A stretch of 64,000 nt of DNA. It comes from Squalus acanthias. Lineage: Eukaryota. The notes under the pieces are model-generated. The model was not told the origin of the DNA and ran no database searches. It saw only the letters and a program-made list of their open reading frames with translations. The stretch covers positions 39,370,001 to 39,434,000 of the forward strand of contig CM059436.1 of NCBI GenBank assembly GCA_030390025.1, read 5' to 3'. Position numbers and translations under genes: made by a program. Below are positions 13,587 to 26,525 of the stretch, piece by piece; position 1 is the stretch's first letter, and every line of letters begins with the position of its first letter.

Positions 13587-16500
13587 ATTGTCTCTGTGGT
13601 CATAGAAAGATTAGTTTTGAGTATTGGACCATTTTTATATGCTCCCATCAGTTGGAGCATGATGTTACTTACATTAGTGAAACAGAGCAGTAATGATGCT
13701 TTATTTGAAAATGCAGCTGATGTAGTCACCCATGTACAATACTTTAAAAAATGAATGCCACTCTCAGTTGAGCTTATTGTAAACTATACGTCTATATTTG
13801 ATTACTTTTTCATTGTGCTTCTGCATTACCAAACATGGCACAATCTCCATTTCACTAAAATGACATTTCAAGCTATACTTTAGAAATTTCTAGGAAGCAG
13901 AGACCCTAAAATTTCATTTTAATTTAAAAAGGCACCAGCCATGAATAGCTTCTGACTAAACCAATTTGCGTAGTAAAATTCCCACATAGAGGTACTGCAA
14001 TTACAAATTGATGAAGAAGTAACTGATGTAATATTCCCGGTCAACCTTTACTTCATCTTTTAGAAAGGTCTTTTCTAAAATGTTTAAGTTCGCTCACATA
14101 TATAGGTTCATTACCATTCACTTACACACAATGTGTACATCTATTTTTTGTTCTCATTAATTTTATTGGAAAGCACGATTGGCTTTATGGAACTCCAAAT
14201 TCAAAATGTAAATAAGTTTTTAATAAGAGAATTTTTTAATTCTCATTCTCTGACATTTACTTGTTAATTTGACAGAAGCTTTCTGTAATAACAAGCTGCT
14301 GGCCTTTAGCATTTCTGGTAGACAAAAACAAAAGGGAAAAAAAACCAACAAATGCTACCACATACTTTATCATATTGGACAAAAGGAAGAATTTTTTTAT
14401 ACCATTCCAAAGTTGTAAAGTAAGTCCCCATAGATTTTCTATTGATCAGGTAAGCATTTCCTGAACATGTTGTACTGTCAGGGGCTAATGGTGATTTTTG
14501 TCAAGTGTTGCCTTCTGGGAGCTTGAATACAATTAAGGGGTAAGTGTTGGTGAATATTTTCGTACCCTTTGGAGGGTCTCCAGGGAGGAACTAGCGAGGG
14601 ACACCAGACATTTCCAGCTGTACCACACTCTCCACAAGTAGTATTTTTTTCAAAAGGAAGAAAAAAAAAACGAACCTGCTTCTGACTGGCTGCCTTCCAA
14701 AACAGCATCCTCATTTGAATGCAGAAATGGAGAATTAATCCCCTCGTGCAATTTCCCTGCCTGAAGATATTTTTATATTTTGTGTCAAATGTGAAATAAG
14801 TTGATTATATCCTTAGAACATTTGTCTTTTGAACTTGCACAGGGTTGAAATTCATTTCCTTGAATGCCTCATTTTATTGAAATAGATCCATTGCTTTAAA
14901 GTTCTTAAATTTTCTAAACTAATTGTTTGCAGAATAAGCATTTTATTCAGTCCAAATTTGCAGCTATTTAGATACACGATTTAGGAATCCTATTGTTGAT
15001 TAACAACCAACGTAGACCAACAAGCGTATTTTCCCATTTGGATAGCATCAATGCTTGTTCTCTTGGCCACAAACCTATTCTTTTTTTGTTTACTAGCATT
15101 TAGAAAGTCACCTACATTAATCAGTACGGATGAAGGTTGAATGGAACTATCACGGGCGAGAGGCAATGAACATATATGGCAGCTATCACATTTTTAACTG
15201 AATTTTGTAATTGCCGTAGCCACCATCCATTCACCAGATTATAAAACAGTCCATTAGATTCTGAATGTATCTTGGTGACAGATGGACAGAAGGTTCTCCA
15301 ATTCTATCCTGTTTACTTACATTTATGTAGATTGTCGCTTCTGGTTCATGAACCCATGACAAACAGAGCAGAATAGCATTGTAAATAAAGCTCAGAATTA
15401 CATTTGTATTGATTCCCTGTTAATCTTAAGAGATTTTTCTTCCTGTTAATATCAGTATTTTAATTTTTTTTAAGCCTGGTGGCATATATATTTATTACAA
15501 GGTGTAAAGTTTGTTCTTTCTTAATCTGTTGCGGTTCCTATATTGATAATTTCCAAAGAGACAGAACTTTTATTTTCAGTGGAAGATTATCTAGCAGCAG
15601 GCTAAACCTTTAAAAATAATGCCCTCTAATTAACTTTGAACAGGCAAAGTGATGCATTAGATTGGATTTTTATAAACACATCTAAAGTTTCTGCATTTGA
15701 GTTTGGATATACAAATAATAATTCTAGTCTTTTTGTTACTGATGGATTGTTACTCCAGCATTTTTACCATTTAAAAAAATCAACCACTTTAATAATAATT
15801 AATTTACCATGCTGTAATAAATTCAAGAGAAGCATCTGAGGCAATCCTCAAATAGCTTTAAGGTTCTTAATTTAGATCTGTATTAACCAAACTCATTTTA
15901 CTCTTCAATTCTACTATTTTTTCAGCAAATTCAGTTAAAGAAACTGCAAATGTTAAGTTAATGAACCAGTTTCATCTTCAATTACATAAACATTGTTTCC
16001 TGAAATGGTCAAATCCAAAAGTGTGGCTCAGGTAGCTATTATTCACCTGTTATATGTTCAGATAGTTACTATAGCAAACATGGTAAGTATATAATATTGA
16101 GTGATAATTCAAAATCCAGTATATAAGCTAAGAAATGTTCAAAACTATAAATATTATCACAGACTTATGCCACTTATAACTAAAGTGCAAGTTACCACAA
16201 ATTTTATGCCTTCACAGTCAGGTATTTATTTATATTCTTTGCCTTTTGAACAGTACCTTTTTACATACACAAGCACGCTACACATATGCACACTTCTTTG
16301 AGTACTGAAGCCACTCAGAAAGTCTTAACTGATTTGTGAAAGTGAAGCAGTCATGTCAATTCCTAAAATATTCACCTAAGCCCCACAAGCTGTTTAAATG
16401 TCTAATTTGGGCTATATTTGGGAGTTGCTAAAGTGTGGAGATAAGATTAATCATACACAAGCAAGTGACAGCTATGGCTAAGATCTCTAGTTCTGCATTC

Positions 16501-19500
16501 CTAGTGTCAAAATGTTGTCACAAGACACAAATGGAATGTGGTGATCTCGGAATGGTAGTCTTAATATTGGCTGTGGTTAAACCCAGTGTATGATAGTTTG
16601 ATGCCAATACTCTGATAACCTCTGGAAAAAAATGTTTATTAAAGAAGCAATAACTCTTTTGGCTTGTATTGCACTAATGCCAACTATTCAATCCAGACAG
16701 AAATTTCTTCTAAGATAGCACAATATTTTCCTACACATACATATTTGTTTTATAACTACAAAAGTAAAGACAATATTTTACCTTTTTTTCCCTGAGAATT
16801 GTATAGAGGCCAACTGTCCCTTATGCTGTTTGTTATTACACACCAGTTTTACTCAGTATCAACTGCAACATACCCCACATAGTTTCTCAAGTAACCTTTT
16901 AAGAAGCCAGGATTACTAAGTGTAACAGTGAGAAAGCTGAAAAGCAGACAAATGGGTCACGTGTTAATAAGATTTTGATGGCTGCAATTTAGTCAAATAG
17001 GCTGCAGGAAAATGCTATACTTTATTGCTTTGTACAATAGCTTGTTAGCACAACATAGTCTTCCTTTCCTCTTAAAGCATTAACAACTGCAAATGCCTGC
17101 AATGCACTCTTGACATCAGCCTGACCGTACGTCTCGTGGCATGCTCACCAGGGATGAGTAGTAGTTGTTGGCATAGCAAACTGTGTTTGTGACCTCTTAG
17201 CACTCCAGACAGCTGTTAAGACCCTGCCTTTAATAGGCAAGGTTAGCAGGGTGCAGGCCTCTTCTCAGTGCACTGACCAGGGCCCCTATTGCATAAAGGG
17301 GAGAACAAAAGACTGATGACAGCTCCTGATGTCTGGGCATTTCAGAAGCTGGCTCAAAAGTTCATCGTGATAGACTGGATTAGTGCACATTACAGCACCA
17401 TTTGCCAAATATGGATGCAGTATCCTACTAGCCTTTCTACACATGTTAGGTTATCCATCATGCAAACTACGCTAGCTGCACCTGGAAAGGACGTTTCTTC
17501 CTGTACAGTTATTTTAGCTGCCGTGATAAATCTAGCTATTAGAATTTAAAGTCACTGTTACTCCCAGCAGCCCTATTTTTTTTTGCATCTGCATTCTACT
17601 TGTATTGCCTGGGTAAGATCATCACAAAATCCAACTTAAGAAAAAAGGGGAAAAAAGTCAAGGAAAGAAAAACTGCTTTTAACAGAGTTAAGGTGCTTCA
17701 AATCTATTTCAAAATGAGGCAAGGTGACAGCTGCTCATGGAAATTAGGACCCTCCCACTAGAATTACTGGTGATTAGAAATTTCAAATAACTGAGTAGTA
17801 TACAGATACGTAATCATTTATAAAATGCCATTTTATTAAACTCGGTCGAATTACTAACATCATTGAACAGCAAAGTATTTAACGTTAGCATTTTGCATCA
17901 GTTTAGTACATTGCATCTTATTGGGGAATTCTGCAACTGTTCCCATATTCAAACCAAGAAGAAAAAAAGATGTCACAGAGGGTCACAAATTATGTTCAGG
18001 TTTGACAGATTGTAGCCTTGCTTTACAAGAGCAGTAACATCTCATTTGTCACAGTTTGATCAGTAAGTGCGTGAATGCAAGCGGAAGGCTTTCCATCTCC
18101 GCACCAATTTAATAGTTCTGAGGCTGTCACCGGGCTAGAGCCACCTGCCCAAGAATTGCAACACTGATCTGTTTTAATTTAATCGGCCGTCAATCGGAAT
18201 GAAATCATAAATCGTCTCCTTTGATTCCTCTGGCAGTATATTTTTTTCAGTGATATTCCAGCATTAGAAAAAGCATTTTTTTTGAAGGCCTATGTAGGCA
18301 GTATTTAATACCCCTGAAAAATCAAAACCTAGTGGACACACCATTGGGATTCTCACACTTTAGACTTGTCTTATTGTTAGTGCTTCACTAACTGATGAAA
18401 GTAGCGTCTGACATAGACTGTGGCAATTGCGTGGAATTTCCTGAAAAGGGTGAGATGCAAACCGGTTACGTAGATTGTTTTTTTTTGGACATGTAGGATG
18501 AGCAGCTCTTGTGTATTAAAGAAACCTACCATTTTTGAATTGGCAAATTTGAACAACACAATAAACTGTGGTACTTGGAGTGCAGTACTGACCAACTTGG
18601 TCACCGCACCAGATAAGATAAATGCAACCAAAAGCAGATTTTCCCCTCCCCCATGATGAAAATAACAAATGACAGCACATGCCCTGAAGGAGGCTACTGT
18701 CTCTTTAAGTGAGTTTACTAAATGCATTTCAGTTTTGAGAGTAAATGGAGTTAGTCTATTGTACATGTTTAATTCCCTATTAGTCCCCAGTGTTTACTGC
18801 TGTGGCCAAGCTGGGGCACCTGTAAATTGGGTTAAATACAACACATTGTCTAAACATATCACAGTTACAATCATTCACCTCGAATGGTGATAAGAAACCT
18901 CTTGTATTATTGAATCTACAATGGGGAGGCTCTGCAGGCGCAGAGATAACAGCTAGTTATTTCTCCTTAAGTAGAAAGAAAAACAGTGGCTTGAGCTTGC
19001 TGTTATGACTGTGACATTAATTATAACCCACTGAATTGTTTTATGCTGCTGGAGTGGTTTTGAGATTAAGCTCGCCCTCCAAGCTCCTGTGCATATGGCT
19101 CTGATTAAAAATATTTGTCATTCAAGAAAACTTTCATTTTCAAGCGGAGATGATGTATTTATTTTTCTCTGTGTAATCTTGCAGGTTTAATTAGTGGCAC
19201 GCCAGAAAAACAGATTGGAATTATTTCAGCCTAGCAATTAAAATGGAATGCTAAGTGAAAGCTATTTCAGGTCCCCTATAGGGATTTAATGTTAACAATG
19301 TGTACTTTTTCTTTGGTGAATCCTTGATAAGCAGGAGGGCTAGACAGCTTTCATTATCATCAGAAGCACTTCATGGTCATTCTTTAGTGTTTGAAAGGGA
19401 TATTTGTTCATTGTAAATGGTCAATTTTTTTCAGGCTTTTGAAATATAATTTACAATTTTTAATTTGATTCAATTTGATTAAATCATTAATTAGCTTGGA

Positions 19501-22500
19501 GTTAATTTTCTGGAAAATAAACTGAGCAGTAAGGGTTAGCTTTATTAAGTTTACTGTGAGCGAGGTATAAGTATCAGAAAATAAGCTGACACAAACACAG
19601 GCAGACATGTTGTTAAACTTGGTGACTACTAAATATAGCATTTTCTGTCATTGCCTCTGTAGTCACCCATCCTAGAAAGACACCAGATGGTGTCATTGTG
19701 GTAGTACGCAGTGGATACAGGATATATTGAGTGACATCACAACAGTAGTGTGCAATGAATAAGATTGTATTGTCAATACTTTGTTTTCAGTAGGAATACT
19801 GAGTTAGCTCTCTAGTGGTCTAACATATTGTACAGTATTTGGTAGCTATTTAGGAGTAGGAGTAGGTTAGTTTACTGGTTTGTATTCAAAAAGTGGTTAT
19901 ACTAAATCAATGTAATATCAATGACCCAGTGCGCAGTGACACCAATAATATACTTTACTAGTAGCAGTGAATACCGATTCTTTTTACCCTTAAATACATG
20001 CTTACAAAGCAGAAATTTGTGATGTACCCAAGCTTCCTGCTTGACGATAGCTGTTGTAACCAATTTTGAAGTATTTCCTCCTCTTGAAAATGCACAGTTT
20101 AAATTCTGAAAAGGGTTACAACAAACTCACTGTGTTGGATTATACTGTCGATATTGCTATCTGTACAAACTGTTACCCCAACCGATCACCTCCCGAGCAG
20201 GACAGTCATGCCTCTTTAATACTGTAATCAGACTGCCGCTACCAGTATCAGATCAGTAGCTGCTGTTTAGATTTTAGCTAGCTAGTATATACGGAGAACT
20301 GCCTGGCTGAAACCTCAATTCTGCTGCCCAGGAGAGAGCTCTGCGCACGCATTCATATACAAGCTGCCTTGTACCAATGTTGAAGTTGGAGTGGTAATGC
20401 ACCCTAAGCTTTGTATTTAATGCACAATTTCTCTGTTGTAATTCCATTTGCTGTATGCAAGCGTTGAAAATAATTGCTCACAAACTGCCATTTTATATAG
20501 TCTGGCAAAACCCAATATGGACATGGAAAGAATTATTGACTAGCGTGTTTTTTTTCCTGAGATGCTACGCAAGTAATGAAAAGAAGCATTTTGAATCCAT
20601 GTTGAGTTCATAAAGAATCATATTGAAAGATTAACATTCCAAAGGCTATTTCTATGTTAATTCTGAAAGTGCTATTTAAACAGAAGAGTGACAGCAGAAT
20701 AAGCTCTGGATAATCATTTTGTACAGCTCTTTATCCAATTCACTTTAGCTCTAATGGTGTCTGTGTCCACACAGACACTTAAAATTTATACACTCGCCTT
20801 CTTCTCTCCCAACCCCTCCCCAAAACAAAAAGTTAAACAGAAGTTACAGCTGCTGCTCACATATTAAGCCTTCTAGCTTTTTAGCATCTATTCTATTGTT
20901 GAAGTCATTGGAAATATGACATGTTCTACATTGGGAATATTAGAACTCGGAGTTTTGCAGGATAATTTGTAGCCAGTGAGTACATTTCTGTTTAATGCTA
21001 CCCATTCATACATTAAAAGGACAGTCTTGCTGTAACAAAATTAGTAAGTATTGATTGGGGAAGACGTATTGAGAATAATGGCCACAGCAACCTCATGGTC
21101 TAGTGATAAGAATTCAGAGGTTGCAGGTTAGAGCCCAAGGGCCACCTGACACTTGAATCTGCCAGCCCTCGAGTGTGATGCATTTTGTCAGTTTCTATCA
21201 GGGCTACCAGAAAGAAAGCCTCACAATGTCTTAAAGGGGAGGCAATAAACACATTATCCTAATCTGCCCATTTTCAAACATTTCTTCTGCTGTTTTACAA
21301 TGAAGTGGGATTAGATCCGACTTTCATTTAGTTTGCTAGTAGAAAGAGGTAAGTGACCATGAGGGTAAAGTTCAGAAAAGGCTGAGAAAAATTTAAATGG
21401 AGAGAGGAGAGACAATACTATATTCAAATAGAATTACAGCTTTTAAACAGCTTTATACAGATGCTTAACAATTTAAAGAAAAAATAGCAATTGTCCCTCA
21501 ATATATTTTCTCCAATTGGATAGCAGGAAAGAGGTAATGATATAATGCTACAATGCTACAGTGAGTAGGTAAACTTTCAGTGAAAAAGTACTAATGCTGT
21601 ATGGAAACAACCAATCCTGAATAATCAATCAGAAAAAATTAGGCAAACCAGCAAAATAGTTCAAAATATTTTTTGAGCATTCTTTCAGCCACCATCTTAT
21701 TTTCTCCATGAGCCCGAAGACTTACTAATGCAAATAAGATTTATAACAAATTAAAGTTGTACATTTGTGTGTTGAAATGCCTCTAAACAATATTTCTATT
21801 GAAGGCCTGTACCTGTCTCAGAAGCCTTGATTGTTTTATATTACTAGTCTATCTCCCATAGCCTTGGGGAGTCAAGTGGGGATGAGGGTGGGAGATAATT
21901 GGACTCGGGCACCCAGACGAAATCCAGTCCCCATTTTAAAGTGATGCTTTCTGTCCTTTTTTTTAAATTAATACTATCATTTTGTATTATTATTTATATT
22001 AAGTAGCAAAACTGATGGCAGTTTGGGTAGAGAAGCAGAGTCGGTTGGAGCATAGGAGTTTATTTGCAGTACAGGCTGAGGGGCGAACAAATGCAAGACT
22101 GAGGCAGGGAGGTATAATTAAGGAGTGACGAGGTTACATAGGCAGTTTCCATTGTAAATGTGGAGATAGGAACTTATGATGGAAACAGTTGGCATAAAAG
22201 TGTGACAATAGAAAGGAGGATTTTGCAGACAGGAACTGCATGCAGAGACAAGATTAATATATTGTGTAGATATCTGTGACTTATTGCCAATTTGATATTT
22301 TACCTTGCAGTGTTGGGCTGGTTTGATCTGCGGCCAAATAAAAGTAATTGTTTTACCCACATTCAGCTGACTCTTGCCTCTAAGAGTGAGATTGTGCTTG
22401 CAACAGGAGATCTGCTAGTTTGTCTGTACTTAGTTAATTTATTTGTATTTCATTTATTTATATAAGATTTTGTCTGTAAAATTACAGTCAAATTGAATAA

Positions 22501-23089
22501 ATGAAGAAAACAGAGACCATAAGAAAGGCAAAAAATAACCGATACTTTGAAATTTGATTCAAATGAGATTTTTGATGGTCATTTATCTGGTAAAACTATA
22601 GCTAAAATCCTCCCTACAGCTGAAATCTGAAACAGACTTGATGTTTATTGGGGTGAGAAGAGGTGATCAACTGACTATATATATTAATCGATTACAAGTT
22701 TAATTGACTAATGATCATCCACTTGATTAAAGGTTTGGCTGTCATGTTTGTTTATTCTATTGATATTCATTGTGTTTCACAATTAATCAGTGGTATAAAT
22801 TGAAATAATTGCACTCTTCATTAGTATTAATTGAACCTCTTCGTGCGTGTTGAAAATTATTAACCCTTACCCTGCTGAACAGAAATAAATCTGCGACACA
22901 TGCTCTGAGGTGTAAAGAACTCCATGAATTAAAGAAAAATTGCAGTCTTATTCCACCCAGAAGACTAATTCAGCTGTTGATCAAAATGTGAGTAGAAGGT
23001 AAAATTAGTGATTGCTATCCCCCCAAAATTGGGCACTTTTCATATTTTGAGTGAAAAGGGAAAGCAATTTAATTGACTACTTGCATTAT

Positions 23090-23640
23090 TTTCAGGCGAA
23101 ATGATAGGTCGACTCCCATCCAGAACAGGTATGGATTTGGTGGAGTGACTGCACCACCCGTCTGAAGCCAGCGTCGGAGGGCTCGAACCATTTTCAGGTT
23201 TGGGCCTCTTCAGCATAATTTGGGGGAGCTGCCAAGCACTCAATGAGGCGACAGCTCATTGCCAAACCAGGGAATGGAAAATAGGCAGGTCCATTGGTGA
23301 TTTGAGCTAGAGGTCTGTAGTAAAGGAGGGGGAGGCGCACTGGGTGGGGCCCATCCAGTGGCTGGCAGTGGGCTGTAGTATTTTACTACTGCTTCTGACC
23401 CCACAAAAAATTCCCCCTTTAAGGACCACTGGTTAGGTACAAATGGGCATAGCATGTGATGTGCATGATCCACCCATTTTACCTGACAATTGCAAACGAG
23501 GTCCTACAACCCATATGTTAGCAGCCTCTCACCTATTTTAAGTAGGCAGGCTGTCCATCCATTTACAGGCCCATCTGAAAATTGAGTCCAAGGGACATCG
23601 CAGTGCATCCCCATTTTCTACTGCCAGCCGCCTTTTTCTT
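23090..23640. mobile_element. Degenerate element related to 43036-43591, in opposite orientation
   Basis: The reverse complement of ~23385-23437 (CCTAACCAGTGGTCCTTAA...GTGGGGTCAGAAGCAGTAG) resembles 43261-43360 (TCTAACCAGCGGTCCTTAA...GTGGAGCCAAGAGGAGCAGGAG). Ends are approximate. Confidence 0.5.
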
Positions 23641-23649
23641 CATTCATTT

Positions 23650-24036
23650 TCAGGAAGTGGGCATCACTGGCAAGGCTGGCATTTATTGCACTTCCCTAGT
23701 TATCCTGAGAAAGTGGTATACAACCTAATGGCTTGCTAGGCCACTTCAGAGGGCAGTTAAGAGTCAACCACATTGGTGTGCGTTTGAAGTCACATATAGG
23801 CCAGGCAAGGACGGCAGCTTTCCTTCCCTAAAGGACATTAGTAAACCAGTTGGGTTTTTACGACAATCCAACAACTTCATGGTTACTTTTTACTGATGCC
23901 AGCTTTTTATTTCAGGATTTAAAAAATTTAATTCAAATTCTCAAGCTTCCATGGTGGTATTTGAACTCACGTTCTCCGGATTATTAGTCCAGACCTCTGG
24001 AGTACTAGTCCAGTAACATAACCACTACATTACTGT
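23650..24036 (-). mobile_element. tRNA-derived SINE
   Basis: Minus-strand head has an A-box-like TGTAGTGG and a B-box-like GAGTTCAAATAC. Body and tail resemble common elasmobranch SINE/LINE-tail sequence (recalled, not searched). Confidence 0.7.
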
Positions 24037-25738
24037 ACGGATGGGCAGCAAAGTAGAGGCAATATCTGAGCCTTCATTTTTTGATATTATTGAGCTGTTT
24101 TGAAGGTGCCTGAGCCAATGCTGCTGGTAGACAGCTTTATTGTTGGGTCCCCATGGTGAACTATAGCCTACCTTTTCACCAAGGAATGATCCATACTCTG
24201 GTGTGAGTAAAAAGGAAAGCTATTTTTTTTTAAAGGGCTCTATCTTAATCTAATCTGCACCATAAAATGTATATTTCAGTACTTCAGTCAAACAAATACT
24301 CATATATAGTAGAGTCAACTGCTTTTCAATAGGTTTCTGTTTTAACTTCCAATACTAATGATTTCTAAATGGAACAAAATCTTGTTTGAGTAACTACCCA
24401 ACTCCAGCAACCTGTTTTCATTAATGTATCATGTTTCATTGTATTTGGATGATGATTAATCATACTGCTACAATCAAAATGTTAAATGTGTACATGTAAT
24501 CTTAAGTCCTCACTCCAGTATTAGTTTTCTTTAAAAGTAACTCACAAATAGACAAGTTTTCTTTGAAACAAGTAGAATGATGTAAGCAGACTGCTTGAGA
24601 TCTATTCCTGCCCCAGAGTGGGAATCCTTTGGTTTTCTTTACACACAGAAATCAAGTGGTAGTATGAGCTCATTTACTGCAAGTGAAGTTGGCAGTGTTA
24701 CCTGGAGAGCAGAATGTGACTCAAAAGATGAAGGCAATTGCTGTGACAGAAGTCTTTATTAGCCTGGGCAGTATTGTAACATGTACACAGGGTAGAGCAG
24801 AGAAGGGTGACAGGTACCCAAATGGATTCAAGGCAAACTACATCAGTAATCATGCTTTATGTACTTCCAAGTCTAGCATGAAATTGGGTTTTAGTTGGTC
24901 TTTAATGAGAGAGAGCCATTTGGAAGGTTTTAGTCCCTGGCAGGAGATCGCCTTTCAGCATGGTGGATTGCAAAAGAGTAAAAGCAGAAAATTCCAATGT
25001 GCATTGTACCTGACAAATTTTATGATGATTTTCACTGCGTTTTGTGCAGCTATCTGTTTTAACTTAAACTGATTATTATTCATTTAACATTCATCCCCTA
25101 CCCCTAAAATATATTTACTCTAATCTTGTTTCTGAATTATGAAATGTTGGTAAAATTACTTTTTATTTTCCTGGTATAAAAATGGAATTTTCTCATATAT
25201 AAAACTAATACTATAGTTATACTACACCTTTTTTACTGGTGCCATATTGAGACTTTTACAACGTAAGTGCCAACACTGCAGTGTACTGCTGGTGATCCAG
25301 GACTGTGGAGCTTTATGCTTCACACCAGTAGCAATATAACTGCTGTCAGTGTGACATCTGACTTTTATACAACTTTTTTTTAAAGCTTGACAGTAAAAGA
25401 GGCACGCATTCTATTTTCTACTAACTGGAAACAGTTGACACAAGAGCTTCATTTTTCAGTCAGTAGAGGACTCAGCAATATACGATATGCTAAGTGGCCC
25501 TCCCTGCATGCATGCAGTCCTGTCACCCTAAGCTCCAGTGTGATTCAAGTGTGTGGTGTAACTCTGGCTCCCTGCTCACATGACTGCTGAAACTCTGGTG
25601 GTAATGTACTGGCAAGTTCAATGTAATAGTGGTTTAGGACAACAAAACAGTGGCCCTTTTATAATGCATACTCAATATATCTGCATAGAAAATGATGTGG
25701 AAAGCTTTTGAGACTACAATTGGTTTAAAATGGAAAGT

Positions 25739-26525
25739 TAGGAAAATTAGAAAAGCAGAGTATTTTTTAAATGGTGATTGATTGGGAAATGTTGGTGTTC
25801 AGAGGGACCTGGGTGTCCTTGTACATGAATCACTGAAAGTTAACATGCAGATTACAGCAAGCAATTAGGAAAGCAAATGGTATGTTGGCCTTTATTACAA
25901 GAGGATTTGAGTATAAGAGTAAAGATGTCTTACTGCAATTATATAGGACCCTGGTGAGACCACACCTGGAGTATTGTGTACAGTTTTGGTTTCCTTACCT
26001 AAGGAAGGATATACTTGCCATAGAGGGAGTGCAACGACGGTTCACCAGACTGATTCTTGGGATGGGGGGATTGTCCTATGAGGAGAGATTGAGTAGACTA
26101 GACCTATATTCTCTAGAGTTTAGAAGAATGAGAGGTGATCTCATTGAAACATACAAAATTCTTACAGGGCTTGACAGGGTAGATGCAGGGAGGATGTTTC
26201 CCCTGGCTGGGGAGTCTAGAACCAGGGGTCTAGAACAGTCTCAGAATAAGGGGTCGGCCATTTAGGACTGAGATGAGGAGAAATTTCTTCACTCAGAGGG
26301 TGGTGAATCTTTGGAATTCTCTACCCCAGAGGGCTGTGGAGGCTCAGTCGTTGAGTATATTCAAGACAGAGATTGATAGATTTTTGGATATTAAGGGAAT
26401 CAAGGGATATGGGGATAGTGCAGAAAAGTGGAGCTGAGGTAGAAGATCAACCATGATCTCATTGAATGGTGGAGCAGGCTCGAGGGGCCGAATGGTCTAC
26501 TCCTGCTCCTATTTCTTACGTTCTT
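25739..26525 (+). mobile_element. 5'-truncated CR1 LINE
   Basis: ORF 25882..26265 is the CR1 ORF2 C-terminus; the 3' UTR ends CCTATTTCTTACGTTCTT. Degenerate TSD TTAAAATGGAAAGT (25725-25738) / TTAAAATAAAAAGT (26524-26537). Very similar to the copy at 57746-59166. Confidence 0.95.

Noticed and set aside
23950-24036. tRNA gene
   Set aside because: A/B-box-like head continues into a SINE body with no clean cloverleaf, so it is a tRNA-derived SINE.
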